The notes under the pieces are model-generated. The model had not been told where the DNA came from, did not search any database, and saw only the letters and a program-made list of their open reading frames with translations. A program made the position numbers and the translations under genes. Of a DNA stretch of 64,000 bases, positions 11,881 through 25,348 are shown in pieces. This DNA is from Azolla caroliniana (taxonomy: Eukaryota; Plantae; Polypodiophyta), in the NCBI GenBank assembly GCA_043228905.1, contig JBHGNT010000006.1, positions 10,044,001 through 10,108,000 of the forward strand. Direction: 5' to 3'. Positions within the stretch are counted from its first letter, which is position 1. Each line of letters starts with the position of its first letter.

Positions 11881-14800
11881 CGCCCCCTCAAGCTCAAGTG
11901 TGAGGCGTCTGACATCCGGTTCTGCTTTCGACGTTGTCCGGCTTTTGGTGTCGGCTTCTGTCTGGCTTCTGTCCGGCCTTTGGCTTTGTTCGCCGTAGCA
12001 ATCTCGGTTCCTCCCCTTCAAGCCGATGACGAAGGCTTTTAGTGTGTGGGCGAAGGTCAACTACTTCCACCCATCGTGGGTTACGAGCCGCTTTGGTGGA
12101 GCTCTTGGGCTCTTGTTTGGCTATTACCTTCATCGCGAAGGCATAGTGATGGGCCATGTACTCGTTGTAGCCAAGCCGGCGACGAGATTCTTCTCTCTAG
12201 AAGAACGTCAAAGTTATTTGCTCGCCGATGTGATCGCCTTCTTTACTCCAGGTGTACACATGATGGGTACATCGAACTCATTGTCTAGTGAGGGAGCCGA
12301 TCCATTTGAATCATTGTCATTGGGGTGGTCGACTTCGTATTCAGGCATCTTACCTTTGTCTTTGTCCAAGTTCGTACTTGGCCACGACGTGCTTGAGTCG
12401 CGTGGGGGCTCTTGTGGCCCACTAGGCCTTGCCGTAATCGGACATTCTTCGAACATGTATTCGAAGCGATCTCCATCTTCTACCTCTTGTTCAGCGGATT
12501 CCGGGTCGAGCGTAGTCGGAGTCGAAGTTGTCTCTGGTGCGTACCAGGATGCGGACTCGTCGAAGACTACGTCTCGACTTACCCGAACCACTCGGGTAGA
12601 AGGGTTGTAGCAGTTGTACGCCTTCTTCTCGGACACGTATCCTATGAGGATACATTCCTCCGATTTCACGTCGGGCATTTGTCATTGTTCGTTCGGGATG
12701 TGTACATTCACAATGCTTCCGAACACCTTGAGGTGCGATAGGACCGGCTTCCTTCCAACGAGGAGCTCGTATGGAGTTAGCTCATGCACTCCATTAGTGG
12801 TGCATCGATTCATGAGATAGATGGCCGTGGATGCCGCTTCGGCCCAATAGAAATTCGGCATGTGCTTCTCATGCATCATGGCGTGTGCTACCTCGAGTAT
12901 TTGCCGATTTTTCCTTTCGGTGACTCCATTTTGTTGGGGTGTGTGTCGGCATGAGAATGCTCTCCGAATGCCTTCACTTTTGAGGTAGGAGGTGAATTCG
13001 TCGAAGAAGTACTCCTTTCCTCCATCCGATCGTAGGCATCGATTATGGCGACTGGTTTCTTTTTCGACTTGACGCTTGAGCTTTTGGAAGTGGGAGAGCA
13101 CTTTGCTTTTTTTCTTGATCAGGTAGATCCACGTGTAGCGGGAGTAGTCGTCAATGAAGGTTACGTAGTATCGGCATCCGCCGATCGTCGGCGTTTGAGC
13201 CGGTCCCCATATATCCGAGTGTATGACGTCGAGGAGGCCTTTGCTCGCGTGGCTCTCCTTCAAGAATGGAGTCGATGTTGTTTGCCAAGTTGACACGCTT
13301 CGCATACTCGGTCGACTCGTTTCGACTCGAATGTCGGAAGTCCGATGAAGACTCCCTTGGTTTGCATCACTCGAAGCCGTTGGAGGTTTATGTGGCCGAT
13401 TCTCTTGTGCCACAACTCGATGCTTGTCTCGGTTTTGAGACCTTTGGCGTACATTGCTGATTTCACCTCGTTCAAATCGAGGATGAACATTAGGCCGTCT
13501 CTCCGCCCCTTAGCTATAAGTCGGCCATCTTTCTCAATGAAACAACCTTCATTGTTGAAGCGGACTTGCATGCCTTGCTCCATGATTTGGCCAACCGAGA
13601 CCAAATTCTTTGTTATTCTGGACACGTGCAAGACATTCTTGATGCAAGTTTGCTCGCCTTCTTTCCCAAATGGGACATTGCCAATGTCCGAATGGGGTGC
13701 GTGGTGTCATCTCCAGTCTCTATGAAGTTGGGTCGATCCGGCGTTCGTAAATCATGAAACCACTCTTCATGAGATGTCATGTGATGTGAGGCGCCGGAAT
13801 CGACGAAACACATGTCTTCCGAGTTGGAGGCGCTTGCGGAGTTGGAGGCCGACATAGAGTTCGTTCTATGCCTCATTATGAATAGTTCGCCATAATCATC
13901 GTATTCGGAGTTGACTGCGTAATTCGTGTGTTGTCGACATGTCGAAGCCGACTCGCTTCTTTTTCGGCATTCCTCCTCGCGATGGCTGATTTTGCCGCAA
14001 TAGTTGCAAGTTGCGGGCGTCATTTGCCGACCATGTTCGGCGTGGAAGCTCCCCCTTCTTCCGAAGGTTCCTCGATGGCTTTCGTGAAGGTTTGAGTTCC
14101 CTTCGTGTGATGGGTCGAATTGACCTCTTCTACCGTCGTGACCTCTTGCTCGGCCACCATTCGAGTTCGAGAAGAACATTTGTCCTTCTGACGTCTTGCT
14201 TTTGGTTCGGATGCGGTTCTCTTCGACCAATAGCATTGATTAGAGGTCGAAGAATGAAGGGGGGTTTTCTCTTGCCAATATTGTCGTCCGTAATGGATCG
14301 AATCGTTGTGCGAGGCCGCCCAAGCATACTTGAACCACCTCGTCTTCGTCAACGTTTATGTTCATGGAGCCAAGTGATTCGCAAATGCTCTTGATCTTGG
14401 CGGTGTAGTCCGACACAGACATATCTTCTTGACAGGTGTTGTTCAACTCTTGTCGGAGTTTAAGCTTTCGGGCGATCGTGTTGGCGGCGAAAATTTTCTT
14501 TAAATTCACCCACACCTCTTTAGGCGTCTTAGCATCTCGAATGTGGGTAAGCATGTGGTCGTGGACACATGTTGCCAAGCAATACATAACTCGACTCGCC
14601 GCTTGCTTCCATGTTGCATAGTCGGGGTTCTTTGAGTCGGGCTTGTTTTTGAGTACGTCGTTAATGTAGCTCCAATACCCTTGGCCAACGAGGTATTGGG
14701 TCATCATGTACTCCCAAGAGGAATAATTGCTCCGGTCTAGCTTTTCACTAGGGATCGAGCTACCCATTTGTCTGTTCATGTTGATTAGTGTCTTTCTTTT

Positions 14801-14945
14801 TGCTTTTCTTCCTTCGATCACATATATGTGCTACGTAGTGGCACTAGGGTAGTGGATAACCGGAATTTGTCGTCGGTGTTTCAAACACACAATTATGAAG
14901 TCGGGTGGGCTTAGTGGATTTTCTAAACCACACGCTCTGATACCA

Positions 14946-15053
14946 TGTTAAGAATTAGGTAAGTAATTAAGCAAGGATTAATTAGTAACTAATTATGTGA
15001 TTAGTTGATAAGTGGAAGATTATGTGATATGTGGGTGTATGTGTGTGAGAGGA

Positions 15054-15104
<51 letters not shown>

Positions 15105-15134
15105 CAGAGAGAGAGAGACAGAGAGAGAGAGACA

Positions 15135-15178
<44 letters not shown>

Positions 15179-15241
15179 GACAGAGAGAGAGAGAGAGACA
15201 GAGAGAGAGACAGAGAGAGAGACAGAGAGAGACAGAGAGAC

Positions 15242-15290
<49 letters not shown>

Positions 15291-15608
15291 CACTTATGAA
15301 CAACACAAGATGGGGGATGAGTAAATATATTAAATTAGCATTATCATCATCAAATACAAAAATACCATCAATGAGATATATATAGATCTCATGTGCAAGG
15401 ATGCACATGTGTGAGGAGAATATAGGTACAACCGTGTAAGTCCTATATTAAATGACCTTGGGACTGGAAGATCTAGAATATCCTACTTAAGTACAAGGTC
15501 CTGTTTAAGTCGTTATAGTCAACACTTCTAACTAGATTCTATCTAGGTAACTACAAAGTTACATAGTTGACTAACTAACTAAACTAAGTTGAGCTTGATC
15601 TCTCAACA
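14946..15608 (-). repeat. 5' LTR of Copia B (663 bp) with expanded (GA)n/(GACA)n microsatellite
   Basis: Same ends as the 3' LTR; compound microsatellite at about 15054-15288. Confidence 0.93.
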
Positions 15609-17771
15609 AGGAGGAACTACTGCTCATAAGTGAGCATAATGAACTGAATCTTGTCGACGATGAATCAACATGGGTAGTCAATTCGGGTGTGTCGTTCCAT
15701 CTAACTCCCAACCGAAAGTTCTTCTCATCATACAAGACCGGAGACCACGGTCCCTTAAAGATGGGAAATGAAGGAGCATGCCAAATCGTTAGCATAGGAG
15801 ATGTGTGCTTGATGACATCAACTGGGTGCCAACTAGTACTGAGGGATGTTCGACACGTTCCGGAAGTTCGACTGAATCTGATATTAGCCAGTCGGCTGGA
15901 TGACGAAGGCTACACGGGTAGCATCTGAAACGACGTCATGAAATTCTCCAATGGGAACCTGATCATGGCTCGTGCCCAGAATACCAGCTTGCTATATCTG
16001 ATGCATGCTTGGATATGTTGAGGAGAAGCGAACGTGGCAGTTGACACTGTCGGTGGCACAAGAGGTTGTGTCACATGAGTTTGTAGGGGATGCGGAGACT
16101 TGCCGATGATAACCTCATTCCGGAGGTGAAGAATGTGCTACTCGAGAAGTGCACAGATTGGTTGGTCTGCAAGTAGAACACAACCTCCTTTCGAACCTGG
16201 CCCCCGACAAGGAAGAAAATGCCGCTGGAACTCGTGCACACCGACGTGTACTATGTCGACACCAAGTCACATGTTGTCTCACAATATTATGTGACCTTCA
16301 TTGATGACTATAGTCAGAAGGTGTGGGCTTCCGTCCTGAAGACCAAGGACCAGGTATTGTCGGTCTTCAGAGAGTTCCAAGTGAGAGTCGAATGGGAGAC
16401 TGGTCAACAACTAAAAGCGGTTCGAGCCGGCAATGGAGGAGAGTACCGAGGACAGTTCGAACAATATTGTTGATTGAAGATTATTCGACTCGAGTACACC
16501 GTGCTAAAAACGCCAAAGCTCAACGGGTTGGCCGAGAGGATGAACTGGACCATAATGGAAAGGGTCCAAAGTATGCTAACACATGCAAAACTGTCCAAAA
16601 CATTCTGGGCTGAGGCGCTAATGACAACAGTATACGTGATAAATAGATCACCCTCACCACCCTTAGATAGAGATGTTCCACAAAGGGTGTGGACTAGCAA
16701 AGACGTGTCAGACCGACACCTGAAGGTGTTCGACTGTGTTGCCTATGTGCATGTGGCTAAGGACCAAAGGGGAAAATAGACCCAAAATCTCGGCCATGCA
16801 TATTTCTCAGCTATGACGATGATGAATTCGGCTACTGATTGTGGGACTTAGTCGATAAAAAGTTCATTCGGAGCCGAGACATAGTCTTCATGGAGGAGAT
16901 GACAATTGCCAACTGGGAGGAGTTGAACACATCATCCCGAACAGTCGAAAGTCAACAGTTGATTGAAGAACATGAAGCGCCGATCAAATTCGGACAAGGA
17001 GTCGGGTCAGTCGGAGCCCAGTCAGGTGTCGGAGTCGGATCCAATGAAAAAGAAGTGGCAGAATCCAACCTAGACGAAGAACCAGTCGAAGGAGAAGAGG
17101 AAGATTCTAGGGAGCCGATTGAGGAAAATAGAGAAAGATAATACCCTCTGAGCGAGAGAAGGCCCACCTGAAGATGTCTGGATAAAGAATATGTGCTGCT
17201 AACCGGCAAGGGGGAGCCAGAAAGCTTTAAGGAAGCAAAGATGGACATCCATAACAGAGAGTGGCTAAGTGCCATGCAGGACGAGATGGATTCCCTGTAT
17301 GAGAACCACACGTACGAGATGACGAAGTTGCCGAAAGGAAAGAGGGCACTTCGAAGCAAGTGGGTGTACAAGCTTATGCCAAGAGATGGCTGGAATCCAC
17401 CTAGTTATAAAGCCCGAATTGTCGTAAAGGGCTTCCAGCAGAAGAAAGGAGTGGATTTCGTCGAAATATTTGCCCCGGTGGTGAAAATGATGTCCATCCG
17501 AACAATGTTGAGCATAGCGGCCAACATGGATCTAGAAGTCGAACAGATGGATGTGAAGATGACCTTTCTACATGGGGATTTAGAAGAAGAAATCTATATG
17601 CGGCAACCGGAAGGATTCATCGAAAAGGGGAAGGAGAACCTAGTGTGTTAGTTGAGGAAGAGCCTGTATGGACTGAAGCTGGCTCCTCGACAATGGTACC
17701 GGAAGTTTGAATCCTTCATGGCCAACCAAGGGTACCACAAAACACAAGCTGACCACTGTGTGTTTGTAAAG

Positions 17772-18223
17772 TGTTACCGGCTGGCAAGAAGTCTTAAGGA
17801 GGTCCAAATCAGAGTGTGAAAAGGAATAGTTATTCGGGAACTGTTGTAATTAGTAATCTTATTAATATATGAGAAGATGTGGACGGACGGACCGGAATCG
17901 GTATGCTGATCCGGATCCGGACCGATCCCGTAAAGGTGCCGGTTGGCACCGTTTTGTATTTCGCACCGGAGACCTATATAAAGGCCCGGTTATAATGTAA
18001 CCAGAAGCGGATAATTAATAGAGCTTATTGTCTCAATCTTCCAGTGTTGATTACCGTTCTGTATTCATTGTTATATCTTACGCGTGTTAATTACGGATTG
18101 CTAAGTAGCCAATTAAGGTCTAATTAAACGTTGTGTCGTAAGTCGTTCTGCTGTACCACCCTTCGGTGAAGTGTCTTAAGTGGAAACCCTGTGTTAGGCT
18201 GTTGTCCGGCCCTCGGATTAACA
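17772..18223 (+). repeat. 5' LTR of Gypsy C
   Basis: TATA-like CCTATATAAAGG on the + strand; about 16 substitutions versus the 3' LTR by eye. Confidence 0.93.
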
Positions 18224-18230
18224 CAGTTTT

Positions 18231-18241
18231 TGGCGTCCACA
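18231..18241 (+). promoter_or_regulatory. Putative PBS of Gypsy C (tRNA-Arg-like)
   Basis: TGGCGTCCACA follows a CAGTTTT spacer; copy F has TGGTGACCATG at the same place. The consensus TGGCGACCACA matches my recollection of the plant tRNA-Arg(UCG) 3' end. Confidence 0.55.
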
Positions 18242-19267
18242 ATTCCTGCACAATTGCAGTGAACAGCGGCGGGAATGGATGACTAGGCTAACAGACGACC
18301 CGGTTACGAAGAGAGCACGAAGACTTGCTGAATGGAGAAGGCGGCGAGAGGCTTTCCAACAAGCAGCGGAAGAAATCCGAACGGATCGATCATTTTCCAA
18401 AGTGATCCGGAAAGTGGCGGAGGAGTCGCTCCGTCTGCAACAAAACGCCTACCCGGACGAAGGAAGCAGCTTAAGCAGCCTCCAGGAAGCGGAATCCCTT
18501 CTGTAGGCCTTGGCCGGAAGAGACGGCGAATCCAAAGCATTTTCAGCGCTGGAATCGGATTCGGAAGGGGGTTACAGCGTGCACACGAACTATCGCAGCA
18601 GTAACGACACCCTAGGAGGACCGGACGATGAGGAGTCGGATACAGTACCGACACCGAAACCAGAGTTGGCAGATCGGGAACCTCCGGCACTAGACGTGGA
18701 GCAACCTCCGGAGACGAAGGAAGACTGGCAAAATCCTCCAACACCGGAAATCGAGCCGGCAACACCAAAGGAAGACCGACAAAGACCTCCCACACCGACG
18801 GAACAGCAGGAAAGACCACCGACACCGGACGACGACATGTCGTTCCAGTACTCCAAGTATAGGGATGATCCGGACGCGGAGGCTCATGTTCACGCGTTCC
18901 AACAAACATGGGAGGCGAACCATGTGTCACAATGGCTAACCGCGGCAGAAGAGGAACGATCTAAGATAGCCGAATTCGGCATGACATTGGAAGGACCGGC
19001 CGCCAGATGGCACCTGACGCAGGATCTCCGCTTCCGGCAAGCAATCCAATGCACGACCTGCTTGAATTCCAGACACTCGTCACTAGAGTGCACCATGCGG
19101 ACGCACTGCTTACTCTGCCACTCCACGAGCCACACGATGGATCGGTGCGAATATAACTTATTGAATCGGCAAGCCCTACCAGTCCGGCAAATTGAGCCAC
19201 GCAGCAACCGAGACGAGGAAGATGAACGCTGGCGACGAGAGGAGCGGTATCGACCGGCACAGGATGT

Positions 19268-19367
19268 NNNNNNNNNNNNNNNNNNNNNNNNNNNNNNNNN
19301 NNNNNNNNNNNNNNNNNNNNNNNNNNNNNNNNNNNNNNNNNNNNNNNNNNNNNNNNNNNNNNNNNNN
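19268..19367. other. Assembly gap (100 N)
   Basis: A run of exactly 100 N inside the gag of C; its true length is unknown. Confidence 0.99.
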
Positions 19368-19952
19368 AGACCGGTACAAGAGATATGACAGGTACCGAGA
19401 TTACAATGGACGGTACGAGCATCACAACCGGGGTTCACTCCCCCGGAGTATCACCAACGACGAGAAGATTACGGAGATATGATTGACCAACCCCTCAAGG
19501 TACCGCAACAAAAGAACTTAATAAAAAACAGCATTTGAAAAAAGGAGCCACCCACGTGAACCAGAAAAAGGCGCCTCAAGCAGCCAACAGGACCAAAGCT
19601 CCGTGGTTACCACAGGTCCTCCACCGGATACAGGAAACAATGCCGAATCCAGCAACACCGCAAAAGCATATTGCTATTATTGCCGGCAAGAAGGACATTA
19701 TAGCAATCAATGTCCGGCAAAGAGCTATGATAAGCGACTGGCAGTAAACATGGTAGTCACCGAAGTCGCAGACCTACAACAGGTCACCACAAGGTCGAAG
19801 GGCAAGACGACGAAATGGGAGACACAAGAGGCCCATCCGGAAACAAGCAACGGAATGGGTGAAAAAGGCAAATGAGCGAAACGTAACAGAACTGGCGCAG
19901 CAAAGGAGAACACCGAAGAGCTCGCCGGCGGCAGTCAGTCCGAAAACGTGAG

Positions 19953-21082
19953 TGTCGTGATGTGGCTCGCCTAGAAGCGTAGCGTTGCGCACACAAAGGA
20001 TAACGTGAAAGTGAGGAAGGAATCACTGGGATTATGGACGAAAGAGACGAAAGAGTAGAGATGGAGTGAATAGAGATCAATAAGATATGACAAAATAGGA
20101 TTTTTAAGGAATATAAGATAAGACAAGATAAAACATAAAATAATATATGAGAAAGTGTATGAAATTTATAATCATTTTCATGAAAGAGTTACAAAATGAT
20201 TGTACACGTCGTTGAACCTCCGAACTTTGTCTTGCAAGGTAATCGCTCTTCTCTTTCTTGATTGTAGACCACTACAATCTTCATTTCAATATTTTGATGA
20301 AGATAAGGCTCGAACCGCCTCCCTCTTGTTGAGAGTTGACCACCACGACCGCCAAGCTAGAGCTCCATGTTTATGTTCAACTTCTTCCCCTCTTTCTCTA
20401 TTTTTATGGTATCTCTTGTGTAATACATAATTTGATTGATATCTCATACCTATCCTCTCTTTGATCTTCTCTTTCACCATTTAAATAGGTGCCCCCATGC
20501 ATATGATGCATTGGAGGGTACAAGTCATGCATGTAGTGCATGAAATGCGTGTGATGCATGATCGCCATTTGGCGTTCATGCATTACATGTGATGCATGAT
20601 AAACATCTCGCTCATTTGAGCTTTTATGTATGAAACAATATATGCAATAATAATAAACATTAAAATATAATCTTAAAGAGAAAGGGCCTAGCCTAATGGT
20701 AGGTGTGTTGACTTTGGTGTATGAGGTTGTGGGTTGGAGTCTTAAAATACTATTGAATACAACATACAACTTTATTTTTATATCATGAAGCAAATCCTTT
20801 ATGTAATATAAAGTATGCTTTATTTTATGTATATTACTAGTATAGAGTAAATGGTAAGATTTGAGAGTCATAGGGTGGGGTTATTGGTTCAAGTCCTCTC
20901 TTGTTCGTGTAATATAATATATTTATCTATATATATATATATTATTTTTCTTTACATATATATAATATTATCATATGTGTTGTTAATATTATCTTTATAT
21001 ATAAAACATTATCAAATGTTATTTTAGTTACATATTTATCTTATTGTAGACTTTTAATGTGAAGCTTTTGTACTTCACGACA
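19953..21082 (-). mobile_element. Solo LTR D (1130 bp) inserted in Gypsy C at the gag/protease junction
   Basis: Perfect 8-bp terminal inverted repeat TGTCGTGA...TCACGACA; AT-rich and non-coding; TATA-like CCTATTTAAATG on the - strand. It is flanked by an ACGTG duplication, and removal restores SENVTWQVLQEC. Confidence 0.85.
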
Positions 21083-24000
21083 ACGTGACATGGCAAGTAT
21101 TGCAAGAATGCCAGATCACACTGCCGTTAGGACGACTCTTGCAGCTAGTACCAAGATTCACAGAAGGACTCAAGTCCGGCACGGCGACAGACGGAACACC
21201 ACCGGCTCCGGCATTCTTCTCAAATCCAGAGGAGGGACCGGCTGTGGTGGACACCAACAGTCTGGCAATTACTGCCATTGTGAAAGGGAAAGAACTCCCC
21301 GGCACGATAATAGACGGAGGCTCCGGCGTTAATGTAATAAGCATCCGGATGTGCGATGCTCTTGGAATCCAAGAGTGGGAGCCATGTCCGTTCTGGCTCC
21401 GAATGGCGGACACAAGCTCGGTGCGACCGATAGGATTAATACGGGACTTAGAAGTAACCATCGGGGGCCACACATTCCGAATCTCAGTTGTAGTTCTCTA
21501 GTTGCAGGCTCAAGGAGCGTACCCATTATTGTTGGGACGCCCTTGGTTAAAGACGGCACACATCAAGCAGAACTGGAGGAGGAATATGATCACGTTCCGG
21601 CGGGGAAAAGCAAAGGTACGGGTACCAAGACAACCAAGGAAGGGCACCGGCAAGGATCTAACACCGTTATATGCGGAGTGCGTCAATATGCTGGAAGGAT
21701 TAGCAGACGAAGAAGAAGATCAGTACTTGCAGGAGAACTCGAAGATTGTACCCCTATTCGAAATTGACGTCGCCGAAGCTGTATCACCTTACTTACTGCA
21801 ACCGGACAGAATCGAAGCGGAGCCGGATAAAGAAGCAATCCGGGAGTTACGGCAAATGCAGGAGGCATTGGAAAGAGAAATGGTTGTATCACAGCGTGTA
21901 AAAGCGTCTCAATTGGAAGAGGTAAATCTAGGAATGGCGGAGGAGGCAAAACCAGTGCACGTCGCCAAAGAAATGAATGTAGAGAACAAAACGACGATAA
22001 TTACACTCCTCAACGAGTTTCGCGACGTATTTGCCTGGTCTTACGAGGATATGAGAGGGTTGGATCCTCAGTTGTATCAACACCAGATACACCTGAGCAA
22101 AGACGCTAAGCCGGTAGCACAGCGTCAGTACCTGATGAACCCAAACTACGCCACCAAAGTCAAGGAGGAAATTGACAAATTGCTGAGGGTTGGCTTCATC
22201 CGTTCCATAAAGAAATCTACATGGTTGAGCCCGATCGTAGTCGTACCAAAGAAGAACGGCAAAATTAGAGTTTGTGTCGACTACCGGAAGCTCAATGCGG
22301 CAACGGTAATGGATGCATTTCCACTTCCGTTTACAGATGGAGTTTTGGATGCCGTCGCCGGCCATGAAGTCTATAGTTTCTTAGAGGGATTCAGCGGGTA
22401 TAATCAGATCCGGATGCACCCTGATGATCAATAGAAAACGGCTTTCGTCACCGAATGGGGAGTGTTTGTTGCCGTGGTGATGATGTTCGGTCTGAAAACG
22501 GCACCGACACCATTCCAACGGATCATCATGGAGATCTTTGGCGAATACATACCAGCTTTTATGCAGGTATTCCTTGACGACTTCGCCGTCTATAGCCGAG
22601 AAGAAGACCATTTGCAGCACCTCAAACTATGTCTGGAGAAGTGTAGGGCGTACCGGGTAAGCTTGAATCCGGCGAAGTGTGTATTTGGAGTGTCTAGCGG
22701 AACGCTACTAGGGCATATAGTAAGCAAGGAAGGCATTGTCGTAGATCCGGACAAAGTGAAAGCAATCCTGGAAGCACCGGCATCGGCAAAGGCAAAGGCA
22801 TTGAGCCGTTTCCTAGGACAAATCCGCTGGCATAGCCGTATGCTCCGATATTTGGCAGACCTGGCTACACCTCTGCATACGGCAGTACATCGAACACCGT
22901 TCCAATGGACCGACATCGAAGACAAGGCGTACCGGGCACTAAAGGTGTTATTGTCACAAGCACCGGTAGTGCAGCCTCCGGATTGGAGTAAAGAGTTTCA
23001 TGTGTTCGTGTACGCCTCCGACATCGCAATTGGCAGCGCGCTCATGCAACTTATGGAGCCAAGGTGGTACTAGCCAGTGTACTATGCCAGCCGGAAGCTA
23101 TCCCAAGCGGAACGAAATTATTCTACCACGAAAAGGGAAGCTTTAGGAATGATCTACAATGTAACAAAATTCAGGCATTATTTATTGGGAAAAAAGTTCT
23201 CCTTCCATGTGGATCATTCGGCACTCCTCTACCTAGTATCCAAAGCGTCACTCACCGGTAAGTTGGCCTTGTGTACTTTGCTGTTGCAGTAGTTCGAATT
23301 CGAGATATTCCACCGACCCGGCATACAGCATGCGGTAGCAGATTATCTAAGCCGGTTAGATTCCGGGGAGACGGGTGACGGAGTATCGGACGAGTTTCCG
23401 GATGCGGAGCTTTTTTGAGTCACCACGGAAACGGCAACAGATGAAACGGTGGCACAAGAAGATAAGTGGCTAACTAATATGCACCAGTTTCTGAGTACCG
23501 GATTGCCTCCGGAGGAGATGATCCAGGACGAGAGAAAACACTTGGCGGTACAAAGCCGGCACTTCTGTTTAGTACAGGACACGCTATACCAAAAGGGTGT
23601 AGATGGTATATGGCAACGAGCGGTGCGCAGCGACAAGAAGGAGGTAATACTACGTGAAGCAAACTGCGGAGTCGTCGGAGGCCATTATGTCGGAGATGCG
23701 ACGGCAAGGAAAGTATGGGAAAGTGGCCTATGGTGGTCGACCACATTGAAAGATGCAGTCCGGTACGCGAAAGAGTGTGATCTATGCCAGCCAATGGGCC
23801 AGCCAACAGAGCAAGCTCGGATGCCACACCAGCCGGTCCTACCACTAGAACCATTCCATAAATGGGGGTTGGATTTTGTCGGGCCATTTAAACCACCGGC
23901 AATGAGAACCGGTAACCGGTACGTGATTGTCGTGACGGATTACTGCACTAAGTGGGTGGAAGCAAAAGCCCTACGAGACAACATCGTGGCGTCGACGGCA

Positions 24001-25348
24001 AAATTCTTATACGAATGCATTTGGTGCTGGTACGGATGCCCCATAGAGTTGATAAGCAACCAAGGCGGGCACTTTCTTGGACAGGTGGTAAAAAGTTTGA
24101 CGACGTTCTATGCGGTAGTACATAAACGAAGCACACCGTACTATCCGCAAGCAAACGGGTTAGCTGAGTCAACGAAAAAAACGCTCCAGAATATCCTCCA
24201 GAAAATCGTCAACGAAAACCGGACGGATTGGGATACGAAGCTGCACAGTGCGCTTTGCGCTTACTAGACAGCGTACAAAACAAGCATCCAAACAACGTTG
24301 TTCTTGTTAGCATTCGGATTAGAGGCAATCATGCGGTCGAGTTCCAGGTACCAAGCTTACGGATTCAGATTCGGGAACGATTGAACGAAAAGGAATCAGA
24401 GGCAATTTGGTTAAAGGCTCTGTGTGAACTGGAAGAACACCGACTGGCGAGCATTATGCACCTGGAATTGGAACAACGGAGACGGAAAGCATTTGTAGAT
24501 CGGCACCGGAAGGGAAACGAAAAGATGTTCGGAACCGGCAAGCCGGTACTCGTGTTCCAGACCCGGATGGGCAAAATGCCAGGTAAACTACGGTTTAGAT
24601 GGACCGGACCATACTGGATCACACGCGAGTTCAATGGGTCCTACCAATTGAGGACACTTGCCGGAGAAGTGTTGGGCAAATGGGTCAACGGATTTAGACT
24701 AAAACCATACAAAGGACCTATGCCTAAGAACCCATTTGAACGAAGGGCCGCCACCGAGTCAGACGCCGGCAGGTCAACCATAACGACAACCGGTGAAGAC
24801 AACGGCTACCACCAAGCCAGTCAGGAGGAGCATGAGCCGGCAACTGAGGAGAGCAAAACGACGGCAAACCATCAAGAGGCCGGCAAGTTGCACGTTTCGG
24901 GTAAAGGTCCGACAGGACCGAAGAAAAATTAACCACACAAGTAATTTAATAAAAAATAAAATAAAATAAAATAAAGAATAAAGGAGCGAATCAAATAAAT
25001 CATGGAAAGGAGTGGTGGAAACGGCCATACAAACGAGTAAAGAGGCACGTCGAAAAGGTATGAGGGGCTATGAATAGGACATTAAACCACCGCCACATGG
25101 CACGCAATGCTACTATAGTACACGACCTGCACATGCGGAGGCTCGAAAAAGGCGCCAAGATGCAGAGAGAAAAAACCCCACGCATCGAGACCTTCTCCTA
25201 TCGCGAACCAAGGAGAATAGACGCAGACAGACGCGTGAAGATTAATCGCAGAGACCTCGCACACAGAGAACCCCCTCCCTCAAAACTTTCTCTCTCACAC
25301 TCTCCCCACCACCAAACCTCGCCAACGCTCTCCGACCTCGACGCAGAG

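Larger units (their letters stand above)
11424..15608 (-). mobile_element. Ty1/copia LTR retrotransposon B, nested in the gag of A; internally deleted (no RT or RNase H)
   Basis: LTRs 11424-11880 (3') and 14946-15608 (5'); TSD AGGAG at 11419-11423 and 15609-15613; PBS (revcomp TGGTATCAGAGC) at 14934-14945; PPT (revcomp CTTGAGGGGGCG) at 11881-11892. Gag 14240-14821, CNYCGKISHREEEC knuckle, protease FVDSGASHHMT, integrase VIHSDIWGP...LRSDGGKEY...NGVTERKNR. Confidence 0.95.
18279..24932 (+). pseudogene. Gypsy C gag-pol with premature stops, split by solo LTR D and an assembly gap
   Basis: Gag with ERPPTP repeats and three CCHC knuckles; protease IIDGGSGVN; RT WLSPIVVVPKKNGKIRVCVDYRKLN...FLDDFAVY; RNase H YYASRKLSQAERNYSTT; integrase KWGLDFVGP...PYYPQANGLAES; GPY motif RWTGPY. 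Confidence 0.9.

Noticed and set aside
14982-15408. SL- and ER-repeat ORFs (also 39353-40452 and 51828-52165)
   Set aside because: They are translations of (GA)n/(CT)n microsatellites and low-complexity DNA.
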